Positions 37,351-51,300 of a DNA stretch of 64,000 bases are shown piece after piece. Location: the NCBI GenBank assembly GCA_043228905.1, contig JBHGNT010000001.1, positions 12,648,001 through 12,712,000 on the forward strand, read 5' to 3'. The position numbers were made by a program, and so were the translations under genes. This stretch comes from Azolla caroliniana. Lineage: Eukaryota; Plantae; Polypodiophyta. Numbering within the stretch: position 1 is the stretch's first letter; the number at the start of each line of letters is the position of its first letter. The notes under the pieces were generated by a model. It was given only the letters and a program-made list of their open reading frames with translations. It had not been told where the DNA came from and searched no databases.

Positions 37351-37949
37351 GTAAAAAAATAAATAATAAAATAAGTACTTTATATTAGCTTAATGGCATG
37401 TTATAGAAGATGGATGTTTGAGAAGATAGGGAAAATAGAACTATTATTTATCCCACATAGATAGGAAACTTAAGGCCCTGGCTATATAAGCACCTTGAGA
37501 CCCTCATTTTCATTTGTGCTAAGAGCACTTTGGCCACTTTGTTTTGATGGATGATGGTGGCCAAGTTCCCAAAATCGGGAACCGGCCAGTAAGCCAAATC
37601 GGAACCCGAAATCGGCCGGTAAGCAAACCGAGACTGGACGAGGTTGGATGCAAACCGAACGGATAAAAGGATCATGTGGCTAATTAAAGTGAAGTGAAGA
37701 AAACTAAAGTAAAGGTCATGTGGACGGTCGCATGCAACTAAAAGAAAAAGCCATGCAACTAAAAATAGATGCAACTAAAAGAAAAAGCTTTGCAACTAAA
37801 AGTAGAGGCCATGCAACAAAAAGTGAACATGTAGATGATCAAGGGAGAACTCCATATAAAATTCCATCTTTTTTTTACACTCACTCTCTCTCCATTATTT
37901 TTCTTTTCCTTCTCAACTCCCTTATCTTATGGAAGCCATATCTCTCCTA

Positions 37950-38105
37950 ACCTCTAATTTCCTTACGAAAGCCAAAAACCCTAATTTTCCCTACGGAAGC
38001 CATAACACTCAAAAACCCTAATTTTCCCTACGGAAGCCATAACACTAAAAAGCCCTAATTTTCCCTACGGAAGCCATATCTCATCGAAAACCCCTAATTT
38101 TTCTT
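37950..38105. repeat. ~36-bp tandem repeat (AAAACCCTAATTTTCCCTACGGAAGCCATAACACT) within LTR-like sequence
   Basis: About 4 imperfect copies. Confidence 0.75.
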
Positions 38106-38282
38106 TTCTATTAATCTCAGTAAACCTAAAACTTATGAATCCCAATCTTGGGACATATTGTAATTTCTTTTCCTTTGTTAATGAAAATTATTAAATTTCT
38201 TATTTCCGTTAATTGTTAAAAATATAAATGCACGAATGTGATATCCTCTGGTCAAAGGCTCCGGGGTCCTGCCTCAAGTTCA

Positions 38283-38610
38283 CGTATCCTCGTCGTATTT
38301 TTGTGACAACGTGAAATGCAATAATTTTGGTCTCATAGGTCGAAGCTTTTTTGTGGTTATGTTGGCCGTGAAAATCTTCCGAAAATTCTCCCATGCTTCC
38401 TTCGGTGTCTCCGCGTCTCGAATGTAGCCGAGGATGTGGTCATGAGCACATGTCGCCAAGCAATACATTACTCGAGTCGCCGCTTGCTCCCATGTTGAGT
38501 AGTCGGCGTCCTTTGGGTCGAGTCGATTTTCTTGTGCTCCTTTGATGTAGATCCAATATCCTTGACCGACAAGGTATTGGTGCATCTTGTACTGCCAAGA
38601 TGCAAAGTTG
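38283..38610 (-). pseudogene. Copia gag fragment, same family as 15326-16113
   Basis: FNFASWQYKMHQYLVGQGYW...PKEAWENFRKIF. Confidence 0.85.
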
Positions 38611-39643
38611 AACAACGACGAAGTGGTGGCCGAACAGTGGCGATTGGCCGGATAGTGGCCCACAATAGTCGAGTGGTGGCCAAACAACAACGATTGGCCA
38701 AATAGTGGTTGGACAATGGCTGAACAATGATTGAGTGGTGGCAATTAGCCGGATAGTGGCCGACAGTGGTAGTCTAATATCAACGACGATTGGCTAGAAA
38801 GTAGCCAACAACGGCCGAGTGGCATTCGAATAGCATCCAGACAACAGCCGGACAGACGACCACATACAGTCAGTGGAGACAGTCGTACAAAGACACAACA
38901 GATAGAGTGAGTGTTACTCGTAAGAATATACGGGGAGGCATAAGGGTATTTGTAATGATGTGGTTGATGTGTAGGTATAATATGAATGAGTGTGTGAGGA
39001 TGAGTATGTGTATGTGTATGAACACATGCACATTTGTGTGCATGTGTACAAAGGTGAGAAAGTGGGTAAGTAATGTAACTCCCTACTTGGCTCATTCTTT
39101 ATTTGTAACAGTTACCTTTTGTATTATATAAACCCCACCCATGGGGCATAATGAAAAATAACTTTTTCCCTCTTATTTTGGTGTCATTCTTATTTGTCTC
39201 TCTCTTTAGCTCTCTCCCTATCGTAACCCCCTTGGAATGGCTTCACCCCCCACCCCAACAACACTAAGATGACCGGGACAGACAGACAGACAAACAAGAA
39301 GATGAAGATGGTGAAGTTGACCAAAAGAGGAAGAAACAAGAGGAAGATAGAAGACGAAGATAGAATAGGAACATAAATTTAAGACAGAAAATTAGAGGAG
39401 AAGAAATCAAGCAAGTAGAGGAGGAACAAGGAAGGAGTTACAAGAGAGAAGAAAGAGAGGGCATACGAGTAAATTTAAAAATGGAAGGGCATAAACCCAA
39501 CTACAATAACTCCAGGGCACGGAATCAAATTTCTGAAGCTCAAGGGCAACAAACAAAAATTCAAAAAAACAAAAAGAAATTCAAAAACATGAGGGTGGAT
39601 ATTTAAAATTTTTAAACTCACAATAACTCACATAAAATAAAAG

Positions 39644-39678
<35 letters not shown>

Positions 39679-40621
39679 ACATCATTGTAAGAAAAAAAAA
39701 GAGTACCGAAGTTTCGCGGATGTTTCGACCGAACGAGAGGTTCGTGTCATTGAGTTTGTGTTTGTGTTTCACCTATTCCAGTCGTTGGAGTTTCGACAAA
39801 TGCGATATGAGAAGACTGAGGGAGTTCCGGTCTTATGTTCTAGTCCAAGGACCAATGTTCATGTTTATTGAAGGCATGTGGGTTCACCCGTGCAAGGAAC
39901 TATCCCGCGGGTGTAACATATGTGTTATCTATGGGATTGTAAGTGTATGAGTGTATAACTGTTGGTACGTGGATAGATAAGTGAAGTCTTTGTATTAAAA
40001 GTCAAGTGTAAGTGTATGTGCAAATGTGCACATAAGTGTGAGTATATTAATATGGTGAAGTGGGTCTAAGTTGTTACAAGGTTATGTAACTAACCTACAA
40101 ACCCCATTGTACGTTCTTTATTTGGAACTTGTTGCCTTCCTCTCCGGAGGCGACACCTTCGATTCCTAACCGAAATCGGACGAGGGGACTATGGTACGTG
40201 GTGGTCAGATTGCTTTTACGAAACGGGATGACACCCTACAGATTACGTAAGAGGATACCTCGGTTATGCATACACAATAGGGAGAGATAGGTTACTTAAC
40301 AATGACACAAAATAGACCCAACACTGTTTGGATTACGGAAATGAGTAGTGATTACAGTTACACGACTATCTGCCGGAATGTATCAGATACAATGTAGTAG
40401 GATTAATTACGTAGTACCCTCAGACTTCTCTCATATAGGTCTCCCTCTCTTCCTTCAATCTGTTGCTCCTTATATAAATGTTCCTCGGCACGCTCCTTCT
40501 CCTTCCATGTTTTCAGCTGTGTTTATTTTGGCTGCTTCTGATTGCTTTCGGTTGTTTAGCTACTGCTACCTAATTCCTATTGTGATTCTCATATTTACAA
40601 TTTTGGCCCACGGACAACACC

Positions 40622-40665
40622 TGGCACACCCATGGGATAGTGCCTTGGCACGTCGAACCCAACAA
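40622..40665 (-). other. tRNA-Arg 3'-half mimic ending in CCA at the PPT position of element D
   Basis: Minus strand reads TTGTTGGGTTCGA-c[GTGCC-AA-GGCAC]t-ATCCCATGGGTGTGCCA-gg-LTR. Confidence 0.8.
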
Positions 40666-42170
40666 ATCGAAATTTCCAATTCGTAAAAAAATGTTGTTGA
40701 AATTCATAAAAATTAATTCAATATATATTACAGTTAATCCTCGGTCAAAATGTGGATGATTCCCTCCGCCTGGTTTGGTTCGGCTGTTACGTCCTTTGGA
40801 ATGGTCACGGGATCGGGTCGTGGTGCGTTGGTGTTTTAGGTCGAAATGTCTGTTGCACGCTCCTTTTTGTCGTTGTTCTGTAATATCGGGGACGTTGGGG
40901 TGTGGCTATCCGGCTTCATTGGTCGTTCGTCGACTGTGTCAGGTTGTTCCAGGGTGTTATCATTCAAGGCTTGCTCCGTGTTGATCATCAACAACATTTG
41001 ATCGTCGTTGAATTCCTCAAGGAGGGTGCCGATGGCTTTGGTGTGGGCCTCGGCTAAGGCATGAAAATCCTCGATGAGGTCTTCTCGAATCATTTGTATG
41101 CTGTTGTCATCCATCTTGTAGAAGCCTTTTCCTTCTTTCCATCGATTTTCGGCGTCCGCCCGTAGAACTTGTAATTCGGCTACTTGAGCCGACCATTGCA
41201 TCCAACCTATAGCTAGTGTTTTTTCGACCTTTCGGTTTAATTTCTGCCACAGCTTCATGACTAACGCATTGATGCATTCCTCCCGTTTGTCGTACATTGT
41301 TTGAAGAGCCAACATCTCTTGTTTTGCTTTGTCGATGTCGAGCTGTAATTTTGTCGTGAGTAGTTCGTAGGATGTATTCATTGACTTGACCCTTGCCGTT
41401 GCTTGCTTCGTTACTCTATCGATTTGTTGGTTGAATTGAGTTCGAGCCTCCTCCAATTCCTTTACATGTTGTCTGCACTGTTTGGTCATTGGAGGTAGAA
41501 GGGGGAGGCGGTAGTACGAGCGGTGGTGGCTGATCCCGTGTTCGAAGTTGTTGCTCTAATTCAGCCCGTTGTGCTTCAAAGGCCTACCATAGGTCTGTGT
41601 GAGCCTTTGCTTGTTTGCTTGCCTCTTTGTTACGTGTAGCCATGTCATTGGCTACACGCGTGGCTCTGTCTAGTTACTGGTAAACTTCGACCAACGCCGT
41701 GTTGAGCTTAGGAAGCTCAATGCATGTTCGGCGTTTCTTTGTTGCCCATTTGTGGCCAACCTTCCGTAGTTTCGGCTCATCATCTGAAGCCGGCTCATTG
41801 TCTAAGGCCCTTTCTATGACCTCCTGCTCGGCGTGTTCCTGGGCCATGCGGGACGCGGCAACTACTTGGAGACGAGCCAAAAAGTCGATGAGCTCGTATG
41901 TCGTGCCGTGTTGCAAATGCTTCTGCTCGAATGCTTCTGCTAGCATATCACGGAAGGTTAGTACTTCATGCTCTGAGAATCATGATTGCTGGCCTTGCTT
42001 GATAGGTCTATTGGGATACAACGTGGTGGTTGTCACGATCACGTGCTAGCCTTGCTCGATCCCGGCAAGCTCTTGCTAATGTCCGTGCGACGGCGTTTTG
42101 TGGCCGGATTTGTCTCTTGGGATGCTTATACATCATGGTCCTTTTTTTGTTGGGTTTCCACTAAGCACGA

Positions 42171-45100
42171 TGTCGAATACAAGTGTATAATGGACGTATT
42201 CACACTATCCCTTTGTATAGCTCAAGTTTGGGCCATTTGTGTAATTAGCATAAATGGTAGTTGCCCTAAGTTTGTCACTATATAAAGTGACCTAGTAACC
42301 TTTTTGTAAGGTTGGTTGTATTATTGTTTCTATTGAATAGAAAGAGTCTTTTGTGCCTCCTCTCTCTCTCTCTCTCTATCTCTGTGCACGATCTTCGATT
42401 CTGTCATACGCAGGTACTCAACCCCAATCGAATGCTACTTGATCTTCCGCATTGACGGCCTTGTCTTCAACATTTGGTATCAGAGCGAGGTCCCTCAACC
42501 CGCTGTCGGCCGTCATCACAGCCTGCACAGTATTCGGCCTTTCGCTTCATCCTAGTCTGCAAAGCATTCGGTTTCCTGCGTCATTCGAAGAAACAGAGAA
42601 GAAAGTAGGCAAACACAAGCTTGAATCTCGCTGCGTTAGATCATCACTCGGAGTAAGCCAGTCGGCTGTACTCTACTTCCTTGATCGTAACTGCTTGAGG
42701 TGGGCTTCCTGCACAACGACGACTTCAAGGACAACCCCAGTTCGTGTTTCATTCGATTGGACAATAATCGGAAGGACCAGTCGGTTCCATTGCTCTCACC
42801 GTTGCAGTCAACCGAAACCGAATCGGCTTGAAGTACTATCGGATCGTTAAATCTAGGTTCAACTCGACTAAGACAATTGTCGGTAGTCAATCCGAACCAA
42901 ATCCCCGATTCTCCGTAATCAACATCACTTGTGTCCAACTTCGGCTAGAACGACACTGAGTGGGCCAAACCGCTGCACTTCACCAAAGTTCGTAGCCGAC
43001 TTAGGGCAGAGTCATGACATCAACATCCGGCTCGTCAGAAATGAGTCTACGAAAGTTCGATGGATCGAACTTCAACTTCTGGAAGGAGCAAATGCAGGAC
43101 TATCTCATAGTCAAGGGGCAAATCGATCCCATCGAAAATGAAGCACCTCCAGAAGGATACAAACCAATTGAGTGGCAGAAGCTGGACAGAATCGTCTGCG
43201 CCACGATTCGGATGCACCTATCGGAATCGGTATACTTTACGGTGCAATCGTGTACGACAGCATTCGAACTGTGGAAAACACTGTCGGACACCTACGAAAA
43301 GAAGGTCGCTGCAACGAAGATGTTTCTGATCCGGCGCCTCTACAACTTGCGGATGAAAGAATCAGATTCGGTTCAAGCACATCTCAATGAGTACGAAAGC
43401 ATAAGCTCCCAAATCTCATCTCAGGGGACGGCAATCGAGGATGAACTCAGAGCAATGATACTCATGAGCAGCCTTCCCTCATCATGGGAAACTTTCGTCA
43501 CAACCGTGTGCAACGCGTCAACCACGGCTGTTAAATACTCCGAAGTCACGAGCGCAATCCTGACCGAAGCAGCTCGGAGAAAGTCTTTCGCCAAAGACTC
43601 AACAGACGACGCTTATGTAGTACAAGGTTCGACAGACCGATCGAACATACGAGGAAGAGATTCCTCACGGCAGCCGAACAATCAACGAAGACGGAGCCAG
43701 TCACGGGATAATCGAATCTGCAACTATTGCAAGAAACCCGGACACATCAAAGCCGACTGCCGCGCACTCAAGAACAAGAACGACAAGTCTCAGAAATCAG
43801 ACAAGAAGAGTGGCCGGCATGAGGAGATCAATTACGTCAGCTTCTCAGCTGATGTGCTACCAAACGACCCGAATATACTATCAATCGAAAATCCAGTCGG
43901 ATCAGAAGTTCTGCTCACGACTGAAGAATCGAGCACATGGCTCTTAGATTCGGGCGCGTCATTTCACGTGACTCCTCATCGATCCCAATTTCGGCAATAT
44001 ACGATCCGTCACTCCGACTCAGTTCGAGTCGGCAACTCACAACACTGTGACATCATTGGAATCGGCACAGTAGAGCTCAACCTTGCAGGTGGCTCTACAC
44101 TTGTACTTCACAATGTCCGACATGTACCCGAGCTCTCAAGGCCATTGATCTCAGTCGGACAACTAGATGAAGACGGCATTCGTGCCGGTTTTTCTTCGGG
44201 AGGGTGGACACTCCATAGGGGGAACCTCCTGCTTGCTAGAGGACCCAAGATACACTCACTGTATCCGTTACATGTTACGCTCAGAGAGGGTAACCTGTTT
44301 TTGGTGGATATTCCTGTGTCATCACTATGGCACAGAAGATTAGGACACCTCAGCAAGGCCGGCATTACGCACCTATCTAGAGCCGGATACATCCCTAAAC
44401 TCTCCTTCTCGGACCATCAATTCTGCGAACATTGCCAGTATGGCAAACAAGCAGCCGCATCACACCCGACATCAGCACCAAGAGAAACGAGACCTCTCGA
44501 TTTAGTCCACTCGGACGTCTGTGGCCCAATGCCGCATCAGTCTCTCGGCGGTGCCTCTTACTTCGTCAGTTTTATTGACGATTCGACTCGAAAGGTGTGG
44601 GCTTATCCAATTCGCACCAAAGATCGTGTCTTCTCGATCTTCTCCGATTGGCTCGCTATGGTAGAAAATCAAACTGACCGAAAACTGAAATGCTTTCCGA
44701 CCGACAATGGAGGAGAGTTCAAATCAGAAGAATTCGTCAAATTCTGCCGACAACACGGCATCCGACGTGAATTTACGGCACCACACAGTCCGGAGCAAAA
44801 CGGGATTGCAGAACGCATGAATCAGACAATCCAAGAACGGATAGTTTCCATGCTCCAACACTCCGGACTGTCGGATGGCTTCTGGGCAGAGGCTCTACTC
44901 ACGGCAGTACACATAATCAATATGTCGCCAAGCAGACCTCTAGGACTTCAAATTCCTCAGGAACTATGGATCGGCAGTAAGCCGAATTACGACAAGCTGA
45001 GGATCTTCGGATGCGAGGCGTACGCCCTTATTCCGAAAGATGATCGCCAAAAACTTGCACCTCGGTCCAGGAAATGCATTTTCCTTGGATATGGATCAGA

Positions 45101-47539
45101 CGGCGAAATGGGATACCGACTCTGGGACCCCGAACGCAGACAAATCGTTCGAAGTTCGGACGTTGTGTTCAACGAGTCGGCTATGAATCCATCAGTCGAA
45201 ACACCGATCGAAGTCCGAAGGGTAACATTTTCCGATGTGCCGACCCTTCAAGAAGGCCCCGCTCTTAACACACGGTCAGCTTCACGGGTAGCTGAACCTT
45301 ACACTACCGACTCGGACAACTCTGACTCGGCACAGCAGAATAATTCGCTTTCGGACCATCCGACCTCAATACCCGATACGACCAGTCCAATCATACCTCG
45401 ACGATCCGAGAGATTGTCGCAACCTCCGGAGAGGTATTCTCCTGGATTTCCTTCACCGACGCCGGCGAACCGACGTCTTACGAAGAAGCATCGACATCTG
45501 TCGATTCAGCCACCTGGCATCTGGCGATGGAGTCGGAAATGCACTCCATTCGGGCAAACAAGACTTGGGATCTGGTCGAATTACCTAAGAATCGACGTGC
45601 TCTTCCTTGCAAGTGGGTTTATCGACTAAAAGAGACATCTGATTCGACCACCCCAAAGTACAAGGCCAGATTAGTTGCGAAGGGCTTCCAACAAGAATAT
45701 GGCGTCGACTTCGACGAGATTTTTTCACCAGTGGTGAAAATGACAACCCTTCGTTTTCTACTCGGCGTAGTGGCAGCCGACAACTTGGAGCTGATTCAGC
45801 TAGATGTCAAAACAGCCTTCCTCCATGGTGATCTTGAAGAGGAAATTTATAAGGAGCAGCCAAAAGGCTTCGTGGCAACTGGCCAAGAACATCTAGTCTG
45901 CCGACTCAGGAAGAGTCTATACGGCCTCAAACAGGCACCGCGACAATGGTACAAGAAGTTCGACGACTTCATCCAATCGATCGGCTTCTCAAAAAGCGAT
46001 GAGGACCATTGTCTTTTTACCAACACAGCTCAAGATGGATCACCCATCTTCCTCATCATTTACGTGGACGACATGCTAATTTCTGGACGCCACGCAGGCG
46101 AACTTGCCGATCTCATTCGGCAATTGCGGTTGAAGTTTGCCATGAAGGACCTCGGTCCGGCACGACACATACTTGGCATGAAGATTAGTCGGCATCGCGA
46201 TAAACGACATCTTTTTTTGTCTCAGACCGACTATATCGGACGTGTCTTGGAACGCTTCAACATGCAATCAGCCAAATCTGCTTCAACCCCGCTCCCCATG
46301 AATCTTCGGCTCTCTCAACGAGACTGCCCGACATCCGGTCCGGAGGGGGAAGATATGAAGTCGGTACCGTATGCACCGGCAGTCGGCTCCCTTATGTACC
46401 TGATGGTCGCGACACGGCCTGATATTTCTCATGCCGTAGGAGTCGTTAGCAGATTTATGCACAATCCTGGCCGATCGCATTGGAACGCAGTCAAGCATGT
46501 GTTCAAATATCTGGCTGGCACAAAAGACCACGGCATTCTTTTCGGTCCGAACTCAACCTCAGGCGTAGTCGGTTACACCGACTCGGACTTCGCCGGCTGT
46601 ATAGACAGTCGGAAATCAACAACTGGATACTGCTTCAAATTCGGCAATGGAGCAATTTCGTGGAAGTCGAAACTTCAGGAGTGCACAGCGACCTCAACGA
46701 CCGAAGCAGAATATGTAGCTGCGTCCGACGCTGCAAAAGAAGCTTTGTGGCTCGGCCGGCTGGCGCACACGTTTCGACAAGTCGACCATGACTCGGCCCC
46801 AGTTGTCTATAGCGACAGTCAAGGTGTTGTTGCCTTGTCGAAAAATCCGGTTCACCACAACGCCTCCAAACATATCGACGTTCGATATCACTTCGTTCGG
46901 GACTGCGTCATTTCAGGGAAAATCGGTCTAGAGAAAATATCCACAACCGACAATGTCGCAGATGGAATGACCAAGTGTCTTTCGGCAGACCGCTTTCGGT
47001 CCCTTCGGCATCAGATGGGCGTAACGACAAACCAGTCCGGTTAGAGCCGGACACAGCGCAGGATGGTTTCAGACAACCGACATCAGTTCCTTAATGATCG
47101 GCTTCAACTCTTCCGACCCGACCAGTCCGGCCTTCTGCCTTCGGACCCTGCCGACTCGAACAAAACTGATATGTCCGAGAACCTAGGTTTATACCTGTAA
47201 TCTTAGATAACCCATGTATACGCCCATTACGGGGGAGTGTCGAATACAAGTGTATAATGGACGTATTCACACTATCCCTTTGTATAGCTCAAGTTTGGGC
47301 CATTTGTGTAATTAGCATAAATGGTAGTTGCCCTAAGTTTGTCACTATATAAAGTGACCTAGTAACCTTTTTGTAAGGTTGGTTGTATTATTGTTTCTAT
47401 TGAATAGAAAGAGTCTTTTGTGCCTCCTCTCTCTCTCTCTCTCTATCTCTGTGCACGATCTTCGATTCTGTCATACGCAGGTACTCAACCCCAATCGAAT
47501 GCTACTTGATCTTCCGCATTGACGGCCTTGTCTTCAACA
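42171..47539 (+). mobile_element. Very young full-length Ty1/copia
   Basis: 302-bp LTRs at 42171-42472 and 47238-47539, identical by eye. TSD CACGA; iMet PBS 42475-42486; PPT GGGGGAG 47231-47237. Confidence 0.97.
43014..47044 (+). CDS. Copia gag-pol polyprotein with a single apparent 1-bp deletion (frameshift) at ~45449
   Basis: ORFs 43014-45629 (gag, CCHC, LDSGAS, INT) and 45527-47044 (RT YVDD, RNase H). Confidence 0.92.
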
Positions 47540-48344
47540 CACGAAACCTCTGTAATAGGTTTTGGTTGTTCGTCCTATTTGGTTGGTTTTGAGTGCGGTG
47601 CCGGGCAGGGTGAGGGTATTGCATGTGCCGTCTTATCACGATCGCGTATAATGATGTTGTCCCCATCTTCGGTGTTTTGCTCGTCTTGGGTTGTGGAGAG
47701 GGCCTGGGTATCGTCATCTTGCCACTCTTCATGTGACAACTACAACGTTCGTTGTCGTTTAGCCTTAGGGGGTGGAGCAGGGAGCGCCAATGTTTGTCGT
47801 GGTGGCTGTGCTTACAATGAGATGGCTATGGGAAATTGTGAACAACCTGAGGGTGATGATGATGATGATGGTGATGGTGATCATGATAAGGATGAAGGGG
47901 GAGATGTGATCATATAGTATATATTCGATAAGGAAGTTGATGGTGATGATGATTGAGGAAAAAACGCGAACGTATAATACTTATGCTCAATTGGAAGAAG
48001 GGTAACACATTCTCTCTTCTAAGAAAATGGAGGTCTATCTTTACATTCTATTAATTAACTACTTATAGACTTCTGATGATTTGTCTTATGAATGATTGCA
48101 CCATGAGTGGAAGATATTGAAGGGAACTCACATTTGTCTCCCTTAAGAAAAACCCTGGTTGTTTCACAAGAAAAACAATTGAGGTCATCCAGAAATGAGT
48201 TAGATGGATTGGAAATGAATTAATAATGTTCAAGAGAAGAAATGTCACACATAAATTGCTAAGCTAGTTACTCCCCCTTGACAAGGCATATGGGGTTGGT
48301 TGCCTTGTATTATATAGTGGTTTTTAGAGAAACCTTACATTATT

Positions 48345-51300
48345 GATCGATAGATTGAGTTGTGATATCCCTACTTCGAGCTCCATTGTTACTTCTAATA
48401 ACGTCAATAAGCCTAATAATCCATGCCATGAGAACAGATTTGACGTCTTGAGTCAATTAGAGGATGTGTTAAACGAGTAAGTCCTGCCAAAATAGGAGCC
48501 ATTTGGTTGGACCATCCTAGATATGTAGAGTTAGTCCCTAGTCGTGGTTCCATTTTATCAAGTCAAGTGAGTAGAGTTTTTTCTGCACAAGTTGAGCTTA
48601 CCACATCTACATGTCATCGAGTCCTAGCCTTTGCCCTCCTAGATTCTGGAGCCAACTCTTGTTTCATGGATCATGAATTTGCATTGTCACAAAACATCCT
48701 CTTGAATAAGCTCCCGAACCCAGTAGTCGTAGGAGTCATTGATGGTCGTCCCATAGCATCAGGTGATATAGTCGAGGAGTCTGAGCCAATTCGTATAGTT
48801 CTTGGCGATTTGGCAAGCATAATCTCTTTCAACATTATTCGTAGTCCAGAACACCCAATAGTTCTAGGTCTCCCTTGGTTTGAACTCCATAACCGGAAGA
48901 TTGATTGGATGAAAAGAACAATTGAGGAGACCCAAGAAGAAATAACAAAGGTCACATCCCTCAAATCTCTAACATTTGATACTAGACCCCATAAGTTATC
49001 TACCATCTCTCTATGTCAATTACGTGAGGAAGGGGGGACTGAGGATATGTTTGTCTTCGCAATAGTGGCAACTCCATCATCCACCTTACATGAAGGGGAC
49101 ATTAAACTACCAGATAAATACAAAGAGTTTTCAGATGTCTTTGATAAGGTGAAGGCCAATACATTGCCGGAGCATCGGCCATACGACTACCCTATTGACT
49201 TGCAACCGGGGAAAGAACCTCCATGGGGCCCAATTTATAATCTTTCCCCTGTAGAGCTAGAGACTTTGCGGGAATATATCGAAGAGAATCTCACAAATGG
49301 ATTCATTCGGCATTCTAGATCCCCTGCTGGTGTACCTATCTTCTTCGTTAAGAAAAAGAATGGGTCTCTTCGGTTGGTCGTGGATTATCGAGGGCTAAAC
49401 AAAATGACCATCCGAAATCGATATGCTTTACCATTAATCCCGAATCTTTTGGAACGTCTTAGTAGAGCAAAATATTTCACGAAGTTGGACCTTCGTGGTG
49501 CATATAATCTAGTTCAGATTCGTCCGAGGGATGAATGGAAGACTGCTTTTCGCACTTACTATGGACATTTCGAGTATATTGTGATGCCATTCGGTCTCAC
49601 GAATGCACCTGCAGTTTTCCAGCATATGGCGAATGATATTTTTCGAGATTTTCTCGATATCTTCACTATAGTTTACCTAGATGACATTTTGATCTATTCG
49701 AAGACCCAAGAGGAACATGATGAACATGTTCGTCGGGTACTACGTCGGCTACGAGAATATGGTCTCTATGCAAAATTAGAAAAATGTAGTTTCAGCCAGA
49801 ATCAAGTGGAATTTTTGGGGTACGTTTGTATCCTCATATGGTATTTCTATGGACCTCATGAAGGTTCAAGCAATTCTAGAGTGGCAGACTCCCCTTTCAG
49901 TGCGCGACGTGCAATGTTTTCTTGGGTTTGCAAACTTTTATTGGAAATTTATTAAAAAATATTCTAAGGTTGTGCTTCCGCCCACTCAACTCACACACAA
50001 AAATCAACCATTCATTTGGAGTTCGGATGCAACCGAGGCATTTGAAAGTTTAAAACAGGCGTTTACAACGGCACCAATCTTAGCACATTTCGACCCGACA
50101 AAACGCTTCATCCTTGAAGCTGATGCATCCGATTTTGCACTAGGAAGTGTCTTGTCACAGACTGGAGATGACAGAGAGCTACATCCTATCGCCTTTCATT
50201 CCTGAAAGTTTGAAACTGCAGAGATCAACTACGAGATCCATGACAAAGAACTTCTTGCAATCGTGGACTCTTTTCTACAATGGTGACATTTTCTAGAAGG
50301 CTCTTCTCAGCAAATCATTGTCTACAATGATCATAAGAACTTGACATATTTCCAAAATGCTCGAGTTCTGAGTCGGCGACAAGCCCGGTGGGCGCAATTT
50401 TTTACTCACTTTGACTTTGTAATCATATATCGCCCTGGGATGCATCAAGGTAAAGCAGATGCGCTTTCTCGACGCTCTTATATGGAATTTTGTCCAGGGG
50501 AACCTGCATTTGAGCATCAAAAACAAATCCTTTTGGGTCCTAATCGTCTACGATTAATCATAGTTAATGCCATAACAACACTTGAAGATTCCACTCTTCT
50601 TGATTCCATTCGAGATCATATGGCCACTGATGAATTTGCCAAGGAGGTTTTGGATCATATTGTCCTAGATCGTGCTTCTAGTTCGCAGTCGAAAAACCCT
50701 CACCAGGACTATCATTTGTTCTATTGGCATGGTGGTTTTCTATTTCGACAAAACCTATTGTATGTTCTTGATGGTCCCCCACGACTACAAGTTCTACAAC
50801 ATTGCCATGAATCACCAATGGCTGGACATTTTGGAGTTCGCAAAACTCTAGAATTAGTTTCTCGACAATATTGGTGGCCTCGCCTTCGTCATTTTGTTGA
50901 GGAGTATGTTCGCAGTTGTGGTACCTATTGTCTATCAAAGAGTCCTCGACACCGATCCTATGGCTTACTACAACCACTTCCCATTCCGGAAAATCCTTGG
51001 ATTTCATTACCGATCTCCCAGTTTCAAAAGGTTATGATGCAATTCTCACACTGGTTGATCGACTTACCAAAATGGCACATTTCGTGCCATGTACGAAGTC
51101 TATTACTAGCCAAGAGGTGGTCGATCTAGTTATGCGGGAGGTATTTAAGCACCATGGTCTTCCGGATGATATTATTAGTGATCGAGGTCCACAATTTATT
51201 TAAAAGTTTTGGAAGCATATACTCAAACTTCTCCAAATTTCGGCTAAGCTTTCTTCAGGCTATCATCCTAAGACTAACGACCAAACTAAGCATACCAACC

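Larger units (their letters stand above)
40130..47811 (-). mobile_element. Element D, 3' half (rest of extra ORF, tRNA mimic, 3' LTR 40130-40619), inverted; hosts a young copia
   Basis: Inverted LTR copy. Minus-strand Pro-rich and coiled-coil ORFs at 47502-47732, 41674-41946 and 40836-41489. Confidence 0.85.

Noticed and set aside
40130-40640. Separate plus-strand element starting with LTR plus PBS TGGCACACCC
   Set aside because: The adjacent ORFs are on the minus strand, the LTR and TSD pair with 19140-19627, and element B shows the same motif before its 3' LTR.
45440-45530. Programmed ribosomal frameshift in the copia pol
   Set aside because: It lies between INT and RT with no slippery heptamer; a 1-bp loss is the simpler explanation.
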